A DNA stretch of 64,000 bases from an uncultured Planctomycetaceae bacterium (GCA_964449435.1 CAYUYR010000004.1:20059-84058), one strand, 5' to 3'. Positions 17,495 through 29,100 are shown, counted from the first letter of the stretch. A program made the numbers and translations. Notes: generated from the letters alone by a model not told the origin.

Positions 17495-18736
17495 ATGCTC
17501 GAAACAGATATATGTATAATTGGCGCCGGCCCTGCCGGTATGATGGCGGCCATTACCGCGGCAGCGGACTCAAAAAAGGTAATTATTCTTGAGTCTAACA
17601 CAACCGCAGGCAGAAAGCTCCTGCTCACAGGACGCGGCAGATGCAACCTTACGCATACAGGCGCCCCCGACGAACTCATCAAGGCGTACAAGCCTTTCGA
17701 CAGATTCGTCCGCCACTGCATACACGAATTTGGCCCCCAAAAAGTGATGGATTTTTTTCACCGCCGAGGCGTCAAAACCGTCGTCGAACCGTCCGGCTGC
17801 GTATTCCCGAAAAGTCAGCGTTCAAGCGATGTAAAGGAAGCTCTGCTCGAAGAGCTTAAAAAACTGAACGTAAAAATTCTCTACGGCTCAAAGGTAAATT
17901 CGATAAAATTGTTTAGCCCCGACCCCTGCGGTCGGGGTTCGTTTTCTATTGATTCGCAAAGATTTAATATCATCGCAAAGTCGCTGATTATCGCCACCGG
18001 CGGAGTAAGCTGGCCGCAGACAGGCTCAACCGGCGACGGCTATAAATTCGCTCAATCGCTCGGCCACAAAATCATAAAACAGACAGCCGTCGTTGTGCCG
18101 CTGATTACTGCCGAAAAATTCTGCTCGACGCTGGCAGGTATAGGAATACCGATTGTTTCGATTAGCTGTAAAATCGCAGGCAAAAAAGTATCCTCGTCAG
18201 GCGCGATGATTTTCACTCACAGCGGCATCGGCGGGCCCGCTGTCTTCGATTTGAGCAGAGACATTGCCGAAAAAATCGGAGCAGGCCTGAAAATCTCCAT
18301 TGACCTGATACCGCTGATGAAACCAGACGAGCTTGCTCAAAAAATCATAGAGGCCAATCCGAGACAAAATATATCTTCTATACTCTCACAATTTCTGCCC
18401 AAGGCCATTGTCAAGACAATCTTAGCTGAAAACAATATCCCTGAAATTACCGCCGCTCAATTGAACAAAAAATTGCGGAAAAACCTTATCGAAACACTCA
18501 AGCATTTTCCGCTAACCGTGCTGGACGCCGAATCCGTTGAAAAAGCGACTGCGACAAGAGGCGGCGTCGATATAAATGAGATTGACGGCAAAACTATGCA
18601 GTCGAAACTCCATAAAGGACTGTTTTTCGCCGGAGAAGTGATTAACGTTGACGGCCCCTGCGGAGGATACAATCTGCAATTCGCCTTTTCGAGCGGTTTT
18701 CTTGCTGGAAAATCCGCCTCGCAGCGATTAGAATAG
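17495..18736 (+). CDS. HI0933/YhiN/BaiN-family flavoprotein
   Basis: [46 protein letters not shown]. Confidence 0.92.
   Translation: MLETDICIIGAGPAGMMAAITAAADSKKVIILESNTTAGRKLLLTGRGRCNLTHTGAPDELIKAYKPFDRFVRHCIHEFGPQKVMDFFHRRGVKTVVEPSGCVFPKSQRSSDVKEALLEELKKLNVKILYGSKVNSIKLFSPDPCGRGSFSIDSQRFNIIAKSLIIATGGVSWPQTGSTGDGYKFAQSLGHKIIKQTAVVVPLITAEKFCSTLAGIGIPIVSISCKIAGKKVSSSGAMIFTHSGIGGPAVFDLSRDIAEKIGAGLKISIDLIPLMKPDELAQKIIEANPRQNISSILSQFLPKAIVKTILAENNIPEITAAQLNKKLRKNLIETLKHFPLTVLDAESVEKATATRGGVDINEIDGKTMQSKLHKGLFFAGEVINVDGPCGGYNLQFAFSSGFLAGKSASQRLE
17915..17937. repeat. REP-like hairpin inside the HI0933 CDS
   Basis: AGCCCCGACC-CCTGC-GGTCGGGG, encodes SPDPCGRG. Confidence 0.55.
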
Positions 18737-18751
18737 CCGCGGGTTTTAAAA

Positions 18752-19210
18752 ATGACAGATAAAAAAGAAAAATTGAACATCCTGTTTTTGTGTACCGGAA
18801 ATTCCTGCCGGAGCCAGATGGCCGAGGGCTGGGCAAAAAAGCTCAAAGCCGACTGTATCGAGGCTTTCAGTGCCGGCGTCTATCCGAGCGGCGTAAACGC
18901 ACGCACCATACAAATAATGGCCGAGGCGGGCGTCGATATCTCAGGCCATCGTTCAAAACATCTGGACGAATTTAGCGGAATCGAATTTGACTATGTAATT
19001 ACGCTTTGCGATAACGCCAAGGAAATGTGTCCGACATATCACGGAAAGACAAAACTGCTGCACAAGCCTTTTTCCGACCCGTCCGTTCTGTTCGGCTCGG
19101 AGGAAGTGATAATAGATGCGTATCGCAAAGTTCGCGGCCAAATCAGGGATTTTATTTCGACTTTGCCCGAAAGTCTGCTCCAGAAAGAAAACGGCGGAAA
19201 GAAACAATGA
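18752..19210 (+). CDS. arsC: Arsenate reductase, LMW-PTP family
   Basis: CTGNSCRSQMAEG; ITLCD...CP. Confidence 0.85.
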   Translation: MTDKKEKLNILFLCTGNSCRSQMAEGWAKKLKADCIEAFSAGVYPSGVNARTIQIMAEAGVDISGHRSKHLDEFSGIEFDYVITLCDNAKEMCPTYHGKTKLLHKPFSDPSVLFGSEEVIIDAYRKVRGQIRDFISTLPESLLQKENGGKKQ

Positions 19211-20553
19211 TGCGAAGTGAATATTTCAGACAACGCGGACTTGACAAAGCGGCGTTTTTAATACTGCTTATGCTCGGCCTGCTCACGGCACAGCTTATAA
19301 TTTCTTTCAGGTCGGGATTTAAGCTTTCCGAACCAATCCGGCTCAAAGGCACAGGACTTGAGATTTCTATTCCTGCCGGCGTTCACTGGAAACGCATCTC
19401 GAACGATTTCAAATACGAGAATAATGAATTCAGATTCGCCTGCCTTATGCACATAAGCAGCGATTCCGCTATTACGATGCAATGGCGGTATTCCCTGCTG
19501 CCGACGGAAAAAACGGCTTTGGAAAGATTTCAGGACGAAGCCGAAACTATAGATGGTAATATGGTCTCTTCAGACTCGGCCAAATTCGGCGACTTTAACT
19601 ACGATTACGCGAAAATCCATTCGGAAAAAATCACTATTTTCTGCGGCACAACCTCTCTGCCGGACGGAAGAATTCTCACTCTTGAAGTCGGACACAAAGG
19701 TTTGGGAATCGAGCTTGCCGAGAAAGTCTTCAAAGCCCTGCTTGCCTCGGCAAAGTATTACGAGGGCAGCCCGCTGGCCGAAGGCGCGGAATTCCTGAAA
19801 AACTTTAAAAAATCATACACCGATTTTCTGCCGCCGGACAGTTCTCAAAATTACTACCGCGTAAAGGATATTCGCGGCAACAATATCGGCTTTACGGCAA
19901 ACGCCGCAAAACGCCCGGCAAATCTGAACAAAAATTCCTCATTTTCTTCTGCAGGTGTGCAGTTCGTCAGTACAAGGCTCAATTCTTACGCTGAAATATC
20001 GCTTTTCCATTCCGATATTTCGATGACAAAATTCGACTGGCTTGTCAAACAAAGCAATTTACTGACCAACAGGGAGATGCCCGTTTTTATTCAGCTCAGC
20101 GATGGCAGTTTGACTGTAAACAAACAGGGCAAGACCGAAAATTTCGCTTTTACCGATACTATGCTGCCGGAAACTTTTTTCGATACAGCCGTCACGGCGT
20201 TTCTAAGAGGCAATTCGGACACTATAATGCTCGACTTCATAATTTCCGACGGCAGAATCGCACCGGCAATTATCTCGAAAATCAATATTCCGCCCGCTTT
20301 GAAATCGACCGCTAAATTCGCCGCCGGCATCGAACTGCTCAGCGCAAATACGATATACCAGAAAGTCTACTTCGACGGAGAAGCAAGACCGATTTTCGCC
20401 GAAGTCCAGAGCAGCTTCTCGTACAAAATCGAACGCGCCTCGAAGGCCGACATCCTCGCAGACTTTCCGCAGTGGACCGAAAAAATTCAGCTCATGGAAC
20501 AGTACAAACCGTCCAAGGAGCCCGGCCGGAAAACAGAACCCGATAACGAGTAA
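19207..20553 (+). CDS. Hypothetical membrane-anchored protein
   Basis: ATG 19207 overlaps the arsC stop; N-terminal TM helix. Confidence 0.7.
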   Translation: MMRSEYFRQRGLDKAAFLILLMLGLLTAQLIISFRSGFKLSEPIRLKGTGLEISIPAGVHWKRISNDFKYENNEFRFACLMHISSDSAITMQWRYSLLPTEKTALERFQDEAETIDGNMVSSDSAKFGDFNYDYAKIHSEKITIFCGTTSLPDGRILTLEVGHKGLGIELAEKVFKALLASAKYYEGSPLAEGAEFLKNFKKSYTDFLPPDSSQNYYRVKDIRGNNIGFTANAAKRPANLNKNSSFSSAGVQFVSTRLNSYAEISLFHSDISMTKFDWLVKQSNLLTNREMPVFIQLSDGSLTVNKQGKTENFAFTDTMLPETFFDTAVTAFLRGNSDTIMLDFIISDGRIAPAIISKINIPPALKSTAKFAAGIELLSANTIYQKVYFDGEARPIFAEVQSSFSYKIERASKADILADFPQWTEKIQLMEQYKPSKEPGRKTEPDNE

Positions 20554-20583
20554 GAATTATCGCTTTATATAAAGGAACGTAAA

Positions 20584-21582
20584 ATGACGGACATTATTTA
20601 CGACAGCATTATCATCGGCGCAGGCCCTGCCGGTCTTGCGGCGGCAATTTACAACGCACGCGACAGACTGCAAACTCTGGTACTCGAAAAATTCTATCCC
20701 GGCGGCCAGATTATGAATACCGACCGCATCGAAAACTATCCCGGCTTCGAGAATATCTCCGGTGCGGATTTGATTGAAAGAATGAAAAAACAGTCCGAAA
20801 CTTTCGGCGCACAATTCAAGACAGGCGCAGAAGTCATTAATATGCAAAGACTTAACAATGGCAACATACAGGTAAATTGCAGCAAAGAAAACTTTACCGC
20901 CCGTTCTGTTATTCTGGCCTGCGGAAGTGATTACAGAAAATTAGGCGTGCCCGGAGAAGCGGAATTTAGAAACGCCGGCGCAGGCGTAAGCTATTGCGGA
21001 ACCTGTGACGCTCCGTTTTTCAAAGGCAAAAAAGTAGTCGCTGTCGGCGGCGGAAACACCGCCGTCGAAGAGGCCCTGCACGTCGCAAAGTTCGCCGCCG
21101 AGCTTAACCTCGTCCACAGACGTCAGGAATTCCGCGCCACGAAAGTGCTCGTCGAAGAGCTTATGCAAAAAGTCAACGCCCCAAACGCAAATGTCAAATT
21201 AAAGCTCGATTCGGTCGTTACCGCAATCGAAGGAGACAAAAAGGTCGAAAAAGTCCGCATTAAAAATGTAAAAACAAACTACGAGGAAACTCTTGGCTGC
21301 GATGGCGTTTTCATATTTGTCGGCACTGTTCCAAATACCGCTTTTCTAAAAGGTTTTGTCGATTTGACCGATGCGGGCTTTATAAAATGCGATGTCGGCT
21401 TTCTGCGGACGAAAGTACCCGGCGTTTTCGTAGCGGGCGACTGCAGAACCGCCGCCGCTATGCAACTTGCAACAGCCGTAGGCGACGGCGTAAACGCCGC
21501 GATGATGACAAAACAATACCTAAGAGACCCCGATTGGTGGAATAAACCGATTTCAGATGCGCTTATGCCGGGAGAATGGTAG
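20584..21582 (+). CDS. trxB: Thioredoxin-disulfide reductase
   Basis: [18 protein letters not shown] (CxxC), [11 protein letters not shown]. Confidence 0.93.
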   Translation: MTDIIYDSIIIGAGPAGLAAAIYNARDRLQTLVLEKFYPGGQIMNTDRIENYPGFENISGADLIERMKKQSETFGAQFKTGAEVINMQRLNNGNIQVNCSKENFTARSVILACGSDYRKLGVPGEAEFRNAGAGVSYCGTCDAPFFKGKKVVAVGGGNTAVEEALHVAKFAAELNLVHRRQEFRATKVLVEELMQKVNAPNANVKLKLDSVVTAIEGDKKVEKVRIKNVKTNYEETLGCDGVFIFVGTVPNTAFLKGFVDLTDAGFIKCDVGFLRTKVPGVFVAGDCRTAAAMQLATAVGDGVNAAMMTKQYLRDPDWWNKPISDALMPGEW

Positions 21583-21683
21583 GCAAACTCGTTAAACGGT
21601 TGCGGCTACGCTGCCCGTTACGGTTTACGTCTGACGTTTTACGAAACGAGATGCGCAACCGATTGACGAAAAACGAAACTTAT

Positions 21684-23084
21684 TTATCTCTTTGCCATCG
21701 GTGTATATTCCCGTTTTTCAGCGATGCTCTTGTAAGCCGGCCTGATAATCCGTCCGCCGCTGATAGTTTCCTCGATAATATGAGCGCACCAGCCGGCGAT
21801 TCGGGACATAGCAAACAGCGGAGTATAAAGCTCGGTCGGTATATCAAGCATTCTATAGACGAAACCGGAATAGAAATCCACGTTCGGACAAATCTTTTTG
21901 TCGGATTTCTTGACTCTCTGGAAGATTTCCGGTGCGAGCCTTTCGACCATTTCATAAAGCTCGAATTCCCATTCGATGTCTTTTTCTTTGGCGAGTTTGG
22001 CGGCCTGTTTCCTGATCAGTCCGGTTCGCGGGTCTGAAATCGTATAAACCGCGTGTCCCAGTCCGTAAATCAGGCCTGTGCCGTCGAACGCCTCTTTTTT
22101 GACGATTTTTTCGAGATAATCGGCAACCTGACTTTCACTTTCATAATTCTTCACGTGCCTCTTTATATCTTCCATCATAGCAATTACCTGAATATTCGCG
22201 CCGCCGTGCTTTAAGCCCTTGAGCGAGCCGACAGCCGCGGCAATAGCGGAATAAACATCCGTATCGGAAGAAGTAACCACATGGGTGGTGAAAGTCGAGT
22301 TGTTTCCGCCGCCGTGCTCAGCATGAAGAACCAGGCATAAATCGAGCAGTGCCGCCTCCGTTTTTGTGAATTTTTTATCTGCGCGTATTAGCCTAAGGAA
22401 ATTTTCCGCCGTCGAGAGCTTCTCGTCGGGCGTATGTATATAAAGACTTCGACGGTCGTGGTAATGTCTTTTGGCCTGATAGCCGTAAGCGGCAAAAATA
22501 GGAAATCTGGCAATCAATCCGATGCATTGACGCAGAATATTTCTCATCGAGCGGTCTTCCGGCGTCTTGTCATACGAATACAGCGCAAGAACGCTCCTTG
22601 CCAGCTTGTTCATCACGTTGCTGCTGGGCGATTTGAGAATCATATTCTCGGTAAAGCCTTCCGGCAGATTTCTTTTCCTGCCGAGCATCCGGCAGAATTC
22701 CGTCAAATCCTTTTTCTTCGGCAGTTCGCCGAACAGCAGCAGATACGCCGTCTCTTCGAAGCCGTGTCTTTTTTCCTTCTGAAAACCTGCGACAAGGTCC
22801 TCGATTTCCATACCGCGATACCGCAATCTGCCCTCAATCGGCACTTTTTCGCCTTCGCTCACGATATAGCCGTGCACATCTCCAATTTCAGTCAGGCCGG
22901 CCAATACGCCGGTTCCGTCAGCGTTTCGCAGCCCGCGCTTGACGGCAAATTGCTCGTAAAACTCCGCAGGTATCCGGTTATTATGACGCGCAAATCTGGA
23001 GAGCTTAACCAAAAAAGGGTCTTTCGGGGTTCTTTCGGGTATTATTCCTTCGATGTCCGGCTTTACAATATCTGCCATTTTCAC
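21684..23084 (-). CDS. Citrate synthase (citrate/2-methylcitrate family)
   Basis: LHAEHGGGNNSTF, GLKHGGAN, YGLGHAVY, PNVDFYSG. Confidence 0.93.
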   Translation of the reverse strand: MKMADIVKPDIEGIIPERTPKDPFLVKLSRFARHNNRIPAEFYEQFAVKRGLRNADGTGVLAGLTEIGDVHGYIVSEGEKVPIEGRLRYRGMEIEDLVAGFQKEKRHGFEETAYLLLFGELPKKKDLTEFCRMLGRKRNLPEGFTENMILKSPSSNVMNKLARSVLALYSYDKTPEDRSMRNILRQCIGLIARFPIFAAYGYQAKRHYHDRRSLYIHTPDEKLSTAENFLRLIRADKKFTKTEAALLDLCLVLHAEHGGGNNSTFTTHVVTSSDTDVYSAIAAAVGSLKGLKHGGANIQVIAMMEDIKRHVKNYESESQVADYLEKIVKKEAFDGTGLIYGLGHAVYTISDPRTGLIRKQAAKLAKEKDIEWEFELYEMVERLAPEIFQRVKKSDKKICPNVDFYSGFVYRMLDIPTELYTPLFAMSRIAGWCAHIIEETISGGRIIRPAYKSIAEKREYTPMAKR

Positions 23085-23238
23085 ACCTGCAAATTTAAAA
23101 ATAACGGTTAATTTTTCCGCCCCGCGGAAAGTTCAAATAGTATAACCGCTCAAATTCTTCCGTACAAGAGTCTTCCTTGACTTATTGCTTCTTTTCTGCG
23201 ATACTATCGGTTTAAATTTTTTTGGAGATAATCGACGT

Positions 23239-23793
23239 ATGAAAGCGGCAGAGATGAAAAAGGGGCAAACCGTTCTGATGGACGGCAGGCTTTATACAAT
23301 TATAGACTTCGAGCACGTCAAGTGCGGCAAAGGCGGCGCTATTTATCAGACAAAGCTCAAAAGCGTTACCGACGGCCTGATAAATAACGCAAGAATCCGA
23401 GCGGAGGAAAACATCGAGGAGGCTGAGCTCGACAAACGCAAATACGAGTATCTTTATTCCGATTCGAGCGGTCATATTCTTATGGACCTTGAAAATTACG
23501 ACCAGCTCACGCTTGACGATGACGCTTTCGGCGACGGTAAAAAATATCTAAAGCCCAATACCGCTCTGGCCGTCAGCAGCTATCAGGGCAAAATCGTCTC
23601 GCTCGACCTGCCCAACTCCGTTGACCTTGCCGTGGTCGAGACCCCGCCGGAGATAAAAGGCGCAACAGCAACCGGCCAGCGAAAATCGGCAAAGCTCGAA
23701 ACGGGCGCCATCGTCAATGTGCCGGCGTTTATAAAGGTCGGCGACGTCGTCCGCGTCGATACAAGAACCGGCGAATACGTTACGAGAGCATAA
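23239..23793 (+). CDS. efp: Elongation factor P
   Basis: HVKCGKGGA; PPEIKGATATG..K.AKLETG...VRVDTRTGEY. Confidence 0.93.
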   Translation: MKAAEMKKGQTVLMDGRLYTIIDFEHVKCGKGGAIYQTKLKSVTDGLINNARIRAEENIEEAELDKRKYEYLYSDSSGHILMDLENYDQLTLDDDAFGDGKKYLKPNTALAVSSYQGKIVSLDLPNSVDLAVVETPPEIKGATATGQRKSAKLETGAIVNVPAFIKVGDVVRVDTRTGEYVTRA

Positions 23794-23800
23794 AAATGAT

Positions 23801-23940
23801 AAAATCCGAAGTACGAAATTCTAAATTCGAAACAATATCAAATTACTAAAATTAAAATTATCAAAACTACTTTGTTTTGAGCATTTCAAAATTTGAATTT
23901 TGAATTTGTTTCGGATTTAGGATTTCTAATTTCGAATTTT
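23801..23940. repeat. Heptamer-periodic long inverted repeat
   Basis: AAAATCCGAAGTACGAAATTCTAAATTCGAAAC...TCAAAAC-TACTTT-GTTTTGA...GTTTCGGATTTAGGATTT. Confidence 0.8.
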
Positions 23941-23950
23941 CAGGTTAATT

Positions 23951-24040
23951 ATGGCTCAAAGCGCAATTAGCAAGTTTCTCGTAGAAATCTTCGGTTTGTA
24001 CGTCTTGTTTTACGGGTACTCGGCGATGAAACGATTTTAA
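23951..24040 (+). pseudogene. Orphan duplicate of the secA 5' end
   Basis: MAQSAISKFLVEIFG vs Sec[15 protein letters not shown]; 28/37 nt identical over the AGC...TTCGGTT block. Confidence 0.65.
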
Positions 24041-24128
24041 GTTGTTTTGTAACAGGAAATATCTATAATCAACAGAAAGAAAATAAATGGCTATCTGCAA
24101 AGCCACTAAAACAAGGACAAGTTAGCAA

Positions 24129-25316
24129 ATGAATCAGATAATATTAGACGAAGTGATTAATGATACTGATTATAAAGAATTAGTCATTGGCATAGACCAT
24201 GAATTAAGCGTGAAAGACGAGTTATCGCTTAAAAATCTTTTTGCTAAATTCCCAGAGGAAGAATTTGCGTATGTCTTATCGGGGGACAATTTAACTGTTT
24301 TTGTTAATAGTATAGATCTGGAATTTCTTAAAAAAACAATAAATACTATTAAGGCTGACCAATCAACGCAAGGAATGTCAAACTTACTGGATTCAATTGT
24401 TGCAAATATAGAATCAATTAAAAGTTATGGCTTGAAAGGTAGCAAGAGAGTCTATATCGGTTATAATAAGGAACGCAAAGTACAAGATAGAAAAGCAAAG
24501 GAAATTAACAGGAATCAATACTACTATGCCAATAACAATAATTTTTCCACTATTAACAATACAATTCCAAATAATTTTGAAAACAAAATAATATGTGGTG
24601 ATAGCGCGGATATATTAAAGAAATTACCGGACAATTGTATCGACATGGTTTTTACTTCTCCGCCATATAATTTTGGTCTTGACTACGAATCTAATGAAGA
24701 TGCTCATCATTGGAATAATTATTTTGATAAACTCTTTTTAATTTTTGATGAATGTGTAAGAGTTTTAAAATACGGCGGAAGAATAGTCGTAAACGTCCAG
24801 CCGCTTTTTTCTGATTATATCCCAAGCCACCATATTATCAGCAATTATTTTATGTCAAAAAAAATGATATGGAAAGGGGAAGTGCTTTGGGAAAAAAATA
24901 ATTATAATTGCAAATACACTGCATGGGGCAGTTGGAAAAGTCCAAGTAATCCATATTTAAAATATACATGGGAATTTGTAGAAATATTCGCAAAGGGTGT
25001 ATTGAAGAAAGAAGGCGACAGACAGAATGCTGATATTTCTGCTGATGAATTCAAAAAATGGGTTGTCGGCAAATGGTCTATTGCGCCAGAAAGAAATATG
25101 AAAGACTATAAACACCCTGCTATGTTTCCGGAAGAATTGGCGTCAAGAGTATTAAAGTTATTTAGTTTTAAGAATGACATCGTATTAGACCCATTTAATG
25201 GAGTTGGAACAACGACCTTTGTCGCAAAAACAACTGGTCGCAAATATATTGGAATTGATATTTCCAAAGAGTATTGTGAAAAAGCGGAAATCCGTTTAGG
25301 TTCAACTTTGTGGTAG
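24129..25316 (+). CDS. Amino-DNA methyltransferase (beta class, probably N4-C) with long N-terminal extension
   Basis: DMVFTSPPY (motif IV) precedes VLDPFNGVGTT (motif I); HPAMFPEEL. Confidence 0.9.
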   Translation: MNQIILDEVINDTDYKELVIGIDHELSVKDELSLKNLFAKFPEEEFAYVLSGDNLTVFVNSIDLEFLKKTINTIKADQSTQGMSNLLDSIVANIESIKSYGLKGSKRVYIGYNKERKVQDRKAKEINRNQYYYANNNNFSTINNTIPNNFENKIICGDSADILKKLPDNCIDMVFTSPPYNFGLDYESNEDAHHWNNYFDKLFLIFDECVRVLKYGGRIVVNVQPLFSDYIPSHHIISNYFMSKKMIWKGEVLWEKNNYNCKYTAWGSWKSPSNPYLKYTWEFVEIFAKGVLKKEGDRQNADISADEFKKWVVGKWSIAPERNMKDYKHPAMFPEELASRVLKLFSFKNDIVLDPFNGVGTTTFVAKTTGRKYIGIDISKEYCEKAEIRLGSTLW

Positions 25317-25326
25317 GGAGAAAGTA

Positions 25327-26028
25327 ATGCCGTATAGTGTAGATGAAATCGTGAAAGCCTATGAAATTCTTGTTAAAGGCATTGAAGCGGATGCCACTGA
25401 TGACGAAGAGAGGGCTTTCGGCGGTATTATCCGCGCAGGAAAAGGAAAACTCGTTGAGAGTATGACTAAACACCTTGTTGAAATAGCGTGGAATAGGATT
25501 GGCGGAAATCCCAAACGAATATCTTTTGAAAAGCAAACGTTTAAAATTCCAATAAACAAACCATATATTAAAAAGATTAAGTACAAGGAAGTTAGGGATT
25601 ATATTCTTTCCCATATTACTGATTATTACTACGGCTTAAAAACAGATGTATTGATTTCAATTGATCGTAATGTCGCAATGGCCATTGAATGCAAGGCTTA
25701 TACAGAGAATGCAATGCTGAAACGTATTATGGTTGATTTTACTTTTCTGAAAACTGTTGTTCCTGATGTTGACTGTGTTCTATGTCAATTAGAGAGTCAA
25801 TTAACCGGAGACTATAGCAAGCCTCGCAATAAAACTATTTTTGGCAGTCCATCTACTCACACAATAATGTCGTATTTCGATGTGGATTTACACATCATCA
25901 CTTTGCTTGAAGGAGAGAGAAAAGTGGATGAACCAATCCACAATTTAAAACACTACAAAGATTTAGACAAAGGTGTATTAGAACTCGCCATAACCCCAAT
26001 AAGTGAAATACTAAAGAAACGTCTGTAA
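25327..26028 (+). CDS. Type II restriction endonuclease (PD-(D/E)xK)
   Basis: KTD...AIECK motif; cotranscribed with the MTase; AT-rich. Confidence 0.75.
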   Translation: MPYSVDEIVKAYEILVKGIEADATDDEERAFGGIIRAGKGKLVESMTKHLVEIAWNRIGGNPKRISFEKQTFKIPINKPYIKKIKYKEVRDYILSHITDYYYGLKTDVLISIDRNVAMAIECKAYTENAMLKRIMVDFTFLKTVVPDVDCVLCQLESQLTGDYSKPRNKTIFGSPSTHTIMSYFDVDLHIITLLEGERKVDEPIHNLKHYKDLDKGVLELAITPISEILKKRL

Positions 26029-26118
26029 ATTAGGCAAGTGCCTGCCCATATCCATTCTTGACTTTCAGCTTCTTATGGGCGACATTTGCGGTTTTATATT
26101 ATTTTTTGAAATTATTAT

Positions 26119-29100
26119 ATGACAAGCACAATTAACAAACTGCTCGTCAAACTTTTCGGTTCACGCAACGAAAGGCTCGTCAAGACTTATATGCGCACCG
26201 CGCTGGCGGCAGGAGCATTCGAAGAACAAATCAAATCGCTTGATAATGACGCCTTAAAGGCAAAGACAGCCGAGTTTAAAGCTCGTCTTGCACAGGGCGA
26301 AAATCCCAACCAGATTTTGCCCGAAGCCTTTGCCGTTGTCCGCGAGGCCGCCAGAAGAAACGTTAATATGCGCCATTTCGACGTCCAGCTCGTCGGCGGA
26401 AACGTCCTTTACGACGGCAGAATCGCCGAGATGATGACCGGCGAGGGAAAAACGCTCGTCGCAACACTGGCGGCGTATCTCGTCCATATTACCGGCAAAA
26501 AGGTGCACATCGTTACCGTCAATGATTATCTGGCAAAACGGGACTCCGAATGGATGGGCCCGATTTATAAAGCATTAGGCCTGACTGTCGGCGCGATTCA
26601 GGCCGATATGGAAACGAGCGGCGCCAACCGCAAGGCTCAATACGCCTGCGACATTACTTACGGCACAAATAACGAGTTCGGCTTCGACTATCTCCGCGAC
26701 AATATGAAAGTCTCCGCCGCCCAGCTTGCGCAGGGCCCGCTCGAATATGCGATTGTCGATGAGGTCGATTCGATTCTTATCGACGAGGCAAGAACGCCGC
26801 TGATTATTTCAGGCCCAGCTTTCGACGAGACAAGCAGATATAAAAAAGCAGACGCCGTCGCAAAGCAGATTATAAATATGCAGAGCAATTACGCTCGCAC
26901 AAAACAGCAGCTTGATTCTGCTCAAAGAACCCTCGCCAACGCTCAGGGCGAGCTTTCGGACGCAAGAAGGGCAAAAGACAACGTCCGTATTGAAAAAGCT
27001 CAATCAGTTATCGTTCAAACCGCCTCGGAAATCCAAACTCTCGAAACGTCTCTGGTCTCGGCAAAGCAGTTTTACGAGGTTGAGTATGACCGCAAGGCCG
27101 TCCATCTAAATCACGACGGCCTCGGCGCAGCGCAGGAGCTTGCGGGCGTAGGCTCGTTCTTTACAGGCTCGAATATGGAATGGCCTCATCTGCTTGAGCA
27201 GAGCCTGCGGGCACATATCGTCTTTGAAAAGGAAAAAGACTACGTTGTTATGGACGGCAAGGTTGTGATTGTCGATGAATTCACTGGCCGGCTTATGCAC
27301 GGCAGGCAGTGGAGCGACGGGCTTCATCAAGCTGTCGAGGCCAAGGAAAACGTCACGGTAAAAGAGGAAACCCAGACGCTTGCTACGATTACGCTTCAGA
27401 ATTTCTTCAGGCTTTACGAAAAAATCGCAGGTATGACCGGCACAGCCCTTACCGAAGCGGACGAGTTTATGCAGATATACAAGCTCGAAGTCGTCTCAAT
27501 TCCGACCAATGAGCCTTGCATCCGCGATGATAAAGATGATATGATTTATAAAAGTATTAAGGAAAAATTCAACGCTATCACGGAGGAAATTCACGATACA
27601 AGCGCCGCCGGCAAGCCTGTCCTTGTCGGCACAATCAGCGTCGAAAAAAGCGAGGCAATCTCCAACGCACTTACCAAAAAATACGGCATTGAACACGAAG
27701 TCTTGAACGCCAAGCAGCACGCAAGAGAGGCGTTAATTGTCGAAAAGGCCGGCCATCAATACACCGACCGCGCCGGCAATACCTGCGGCAACGTTACAAT
27801 CGCAACGAATATGGCAGGCCGCGGCACGGACATCAAGCTCGGCCCCGGCGTCGCAGACATCGGCGGACTGCACATCGTCGGCACTGAACGCCACGAGTCA
27901 AGAAGAATCGACAATCAGCTTCGAGGCAGAGCGGGCCGTCAGGGTGACGCAGGCTCAAGCCAGTTCTTTTTGAGCTTCGACGACGATTTAATGCAGCTTT
28001 TCGGCGGGGAAAGAATTCCGAAATTGCTCAGCCTTGTCGGATGGAAAGAAAACGAACCTATATTGCACCCGACAATCAGCAAACAAATCGAAAAGGTTCA
28101 GAAAAAAGTCGAGCAGCGAAACTTCGAGGCCAGAAAAAGCCTGCTCGAATTTGATGAGGTGATGGATTATCAGAGAAAAACCTTTTATTCCCGCAGAAGG
28201 CAGGTAATCGAAGGCATCGGCCTTAAGGAAACAATCACCGCAATGCTCGATTCGACAATCGACAAAACCTGCTCCGATATGCTCGACAAGGATTATCGTT
28301 TCAGATGTGTTGCGGAATGGGCGAAAACTACTTTCGGCGTCGATATCAGCCCGGCCAGAATCGCTGATTACAACGCAGAGCGGATTGAAGAGCTGATAAA
28401 GAAAAACACAAAAAACGAAGCGGCCAATAATATCTCCGTAGCATTGGGAGAATACCTCGAGGATTTCGAAGATAAAAATACCTGGAACATCGAATCGCTG
28501 GTAAAGTGGGCGATGACCGCGTTCAGCGTAAATCTGTCAGGCAGTAAAATCCGGCAAATGACCGCTGAGGAGATTCAGCAGAACCTTATCGAAGCGGCCG
28601 CAGAGCAAATCGACAAAAAAGACTGCTCGATGCTGACGACGTTTCTTGACGGCGATTTCGGAATCAAAACGCTTGTCAGCTGGGCGGACAATAAATTCGG
28701 CATAAAACTTAACATAAACCAGCTAAAGGACTTAAAGTCCCAGCAGATTTACGAAAAACTGTGTCAGGAAGTACAAGCCCTTTACGGGCGCCGCGAAATA
28801 GAGTATCCGGTCGAGTTTGCGCTCAGTATGACCTATCGCGCCGACGGGGTAAATGTCTATTCGTTCGAAAAGCTTGCCGGCTGGGTCAACGACAGGTTCG
28901 ACTCGCAAATTTCCGTCTCTCATCTGCAAAACACGCCTCCCGCCACCATTCATAAAGAGCTTTTGAAAATCAGCGAAGATTATCATTCCATCGGCCTTGA
29001 AAAGGAAATTGACGAAAAACTCGCATCGTCTTCTGCGGAGCAAGTTGCTGAATGGGCAAATAAAAGATTTAAAACAAATTTGCAGTGCGATGATTTCGCA

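Noticed and set aside
18642-18836. Minus-strand ORF starting MPSPRPSGSG, like the REP-encoded peptide in SecA
   Set aside because: The nucleotides do not match the REP; it is the antisense of the conserved arsC CRSQMAEG codons.
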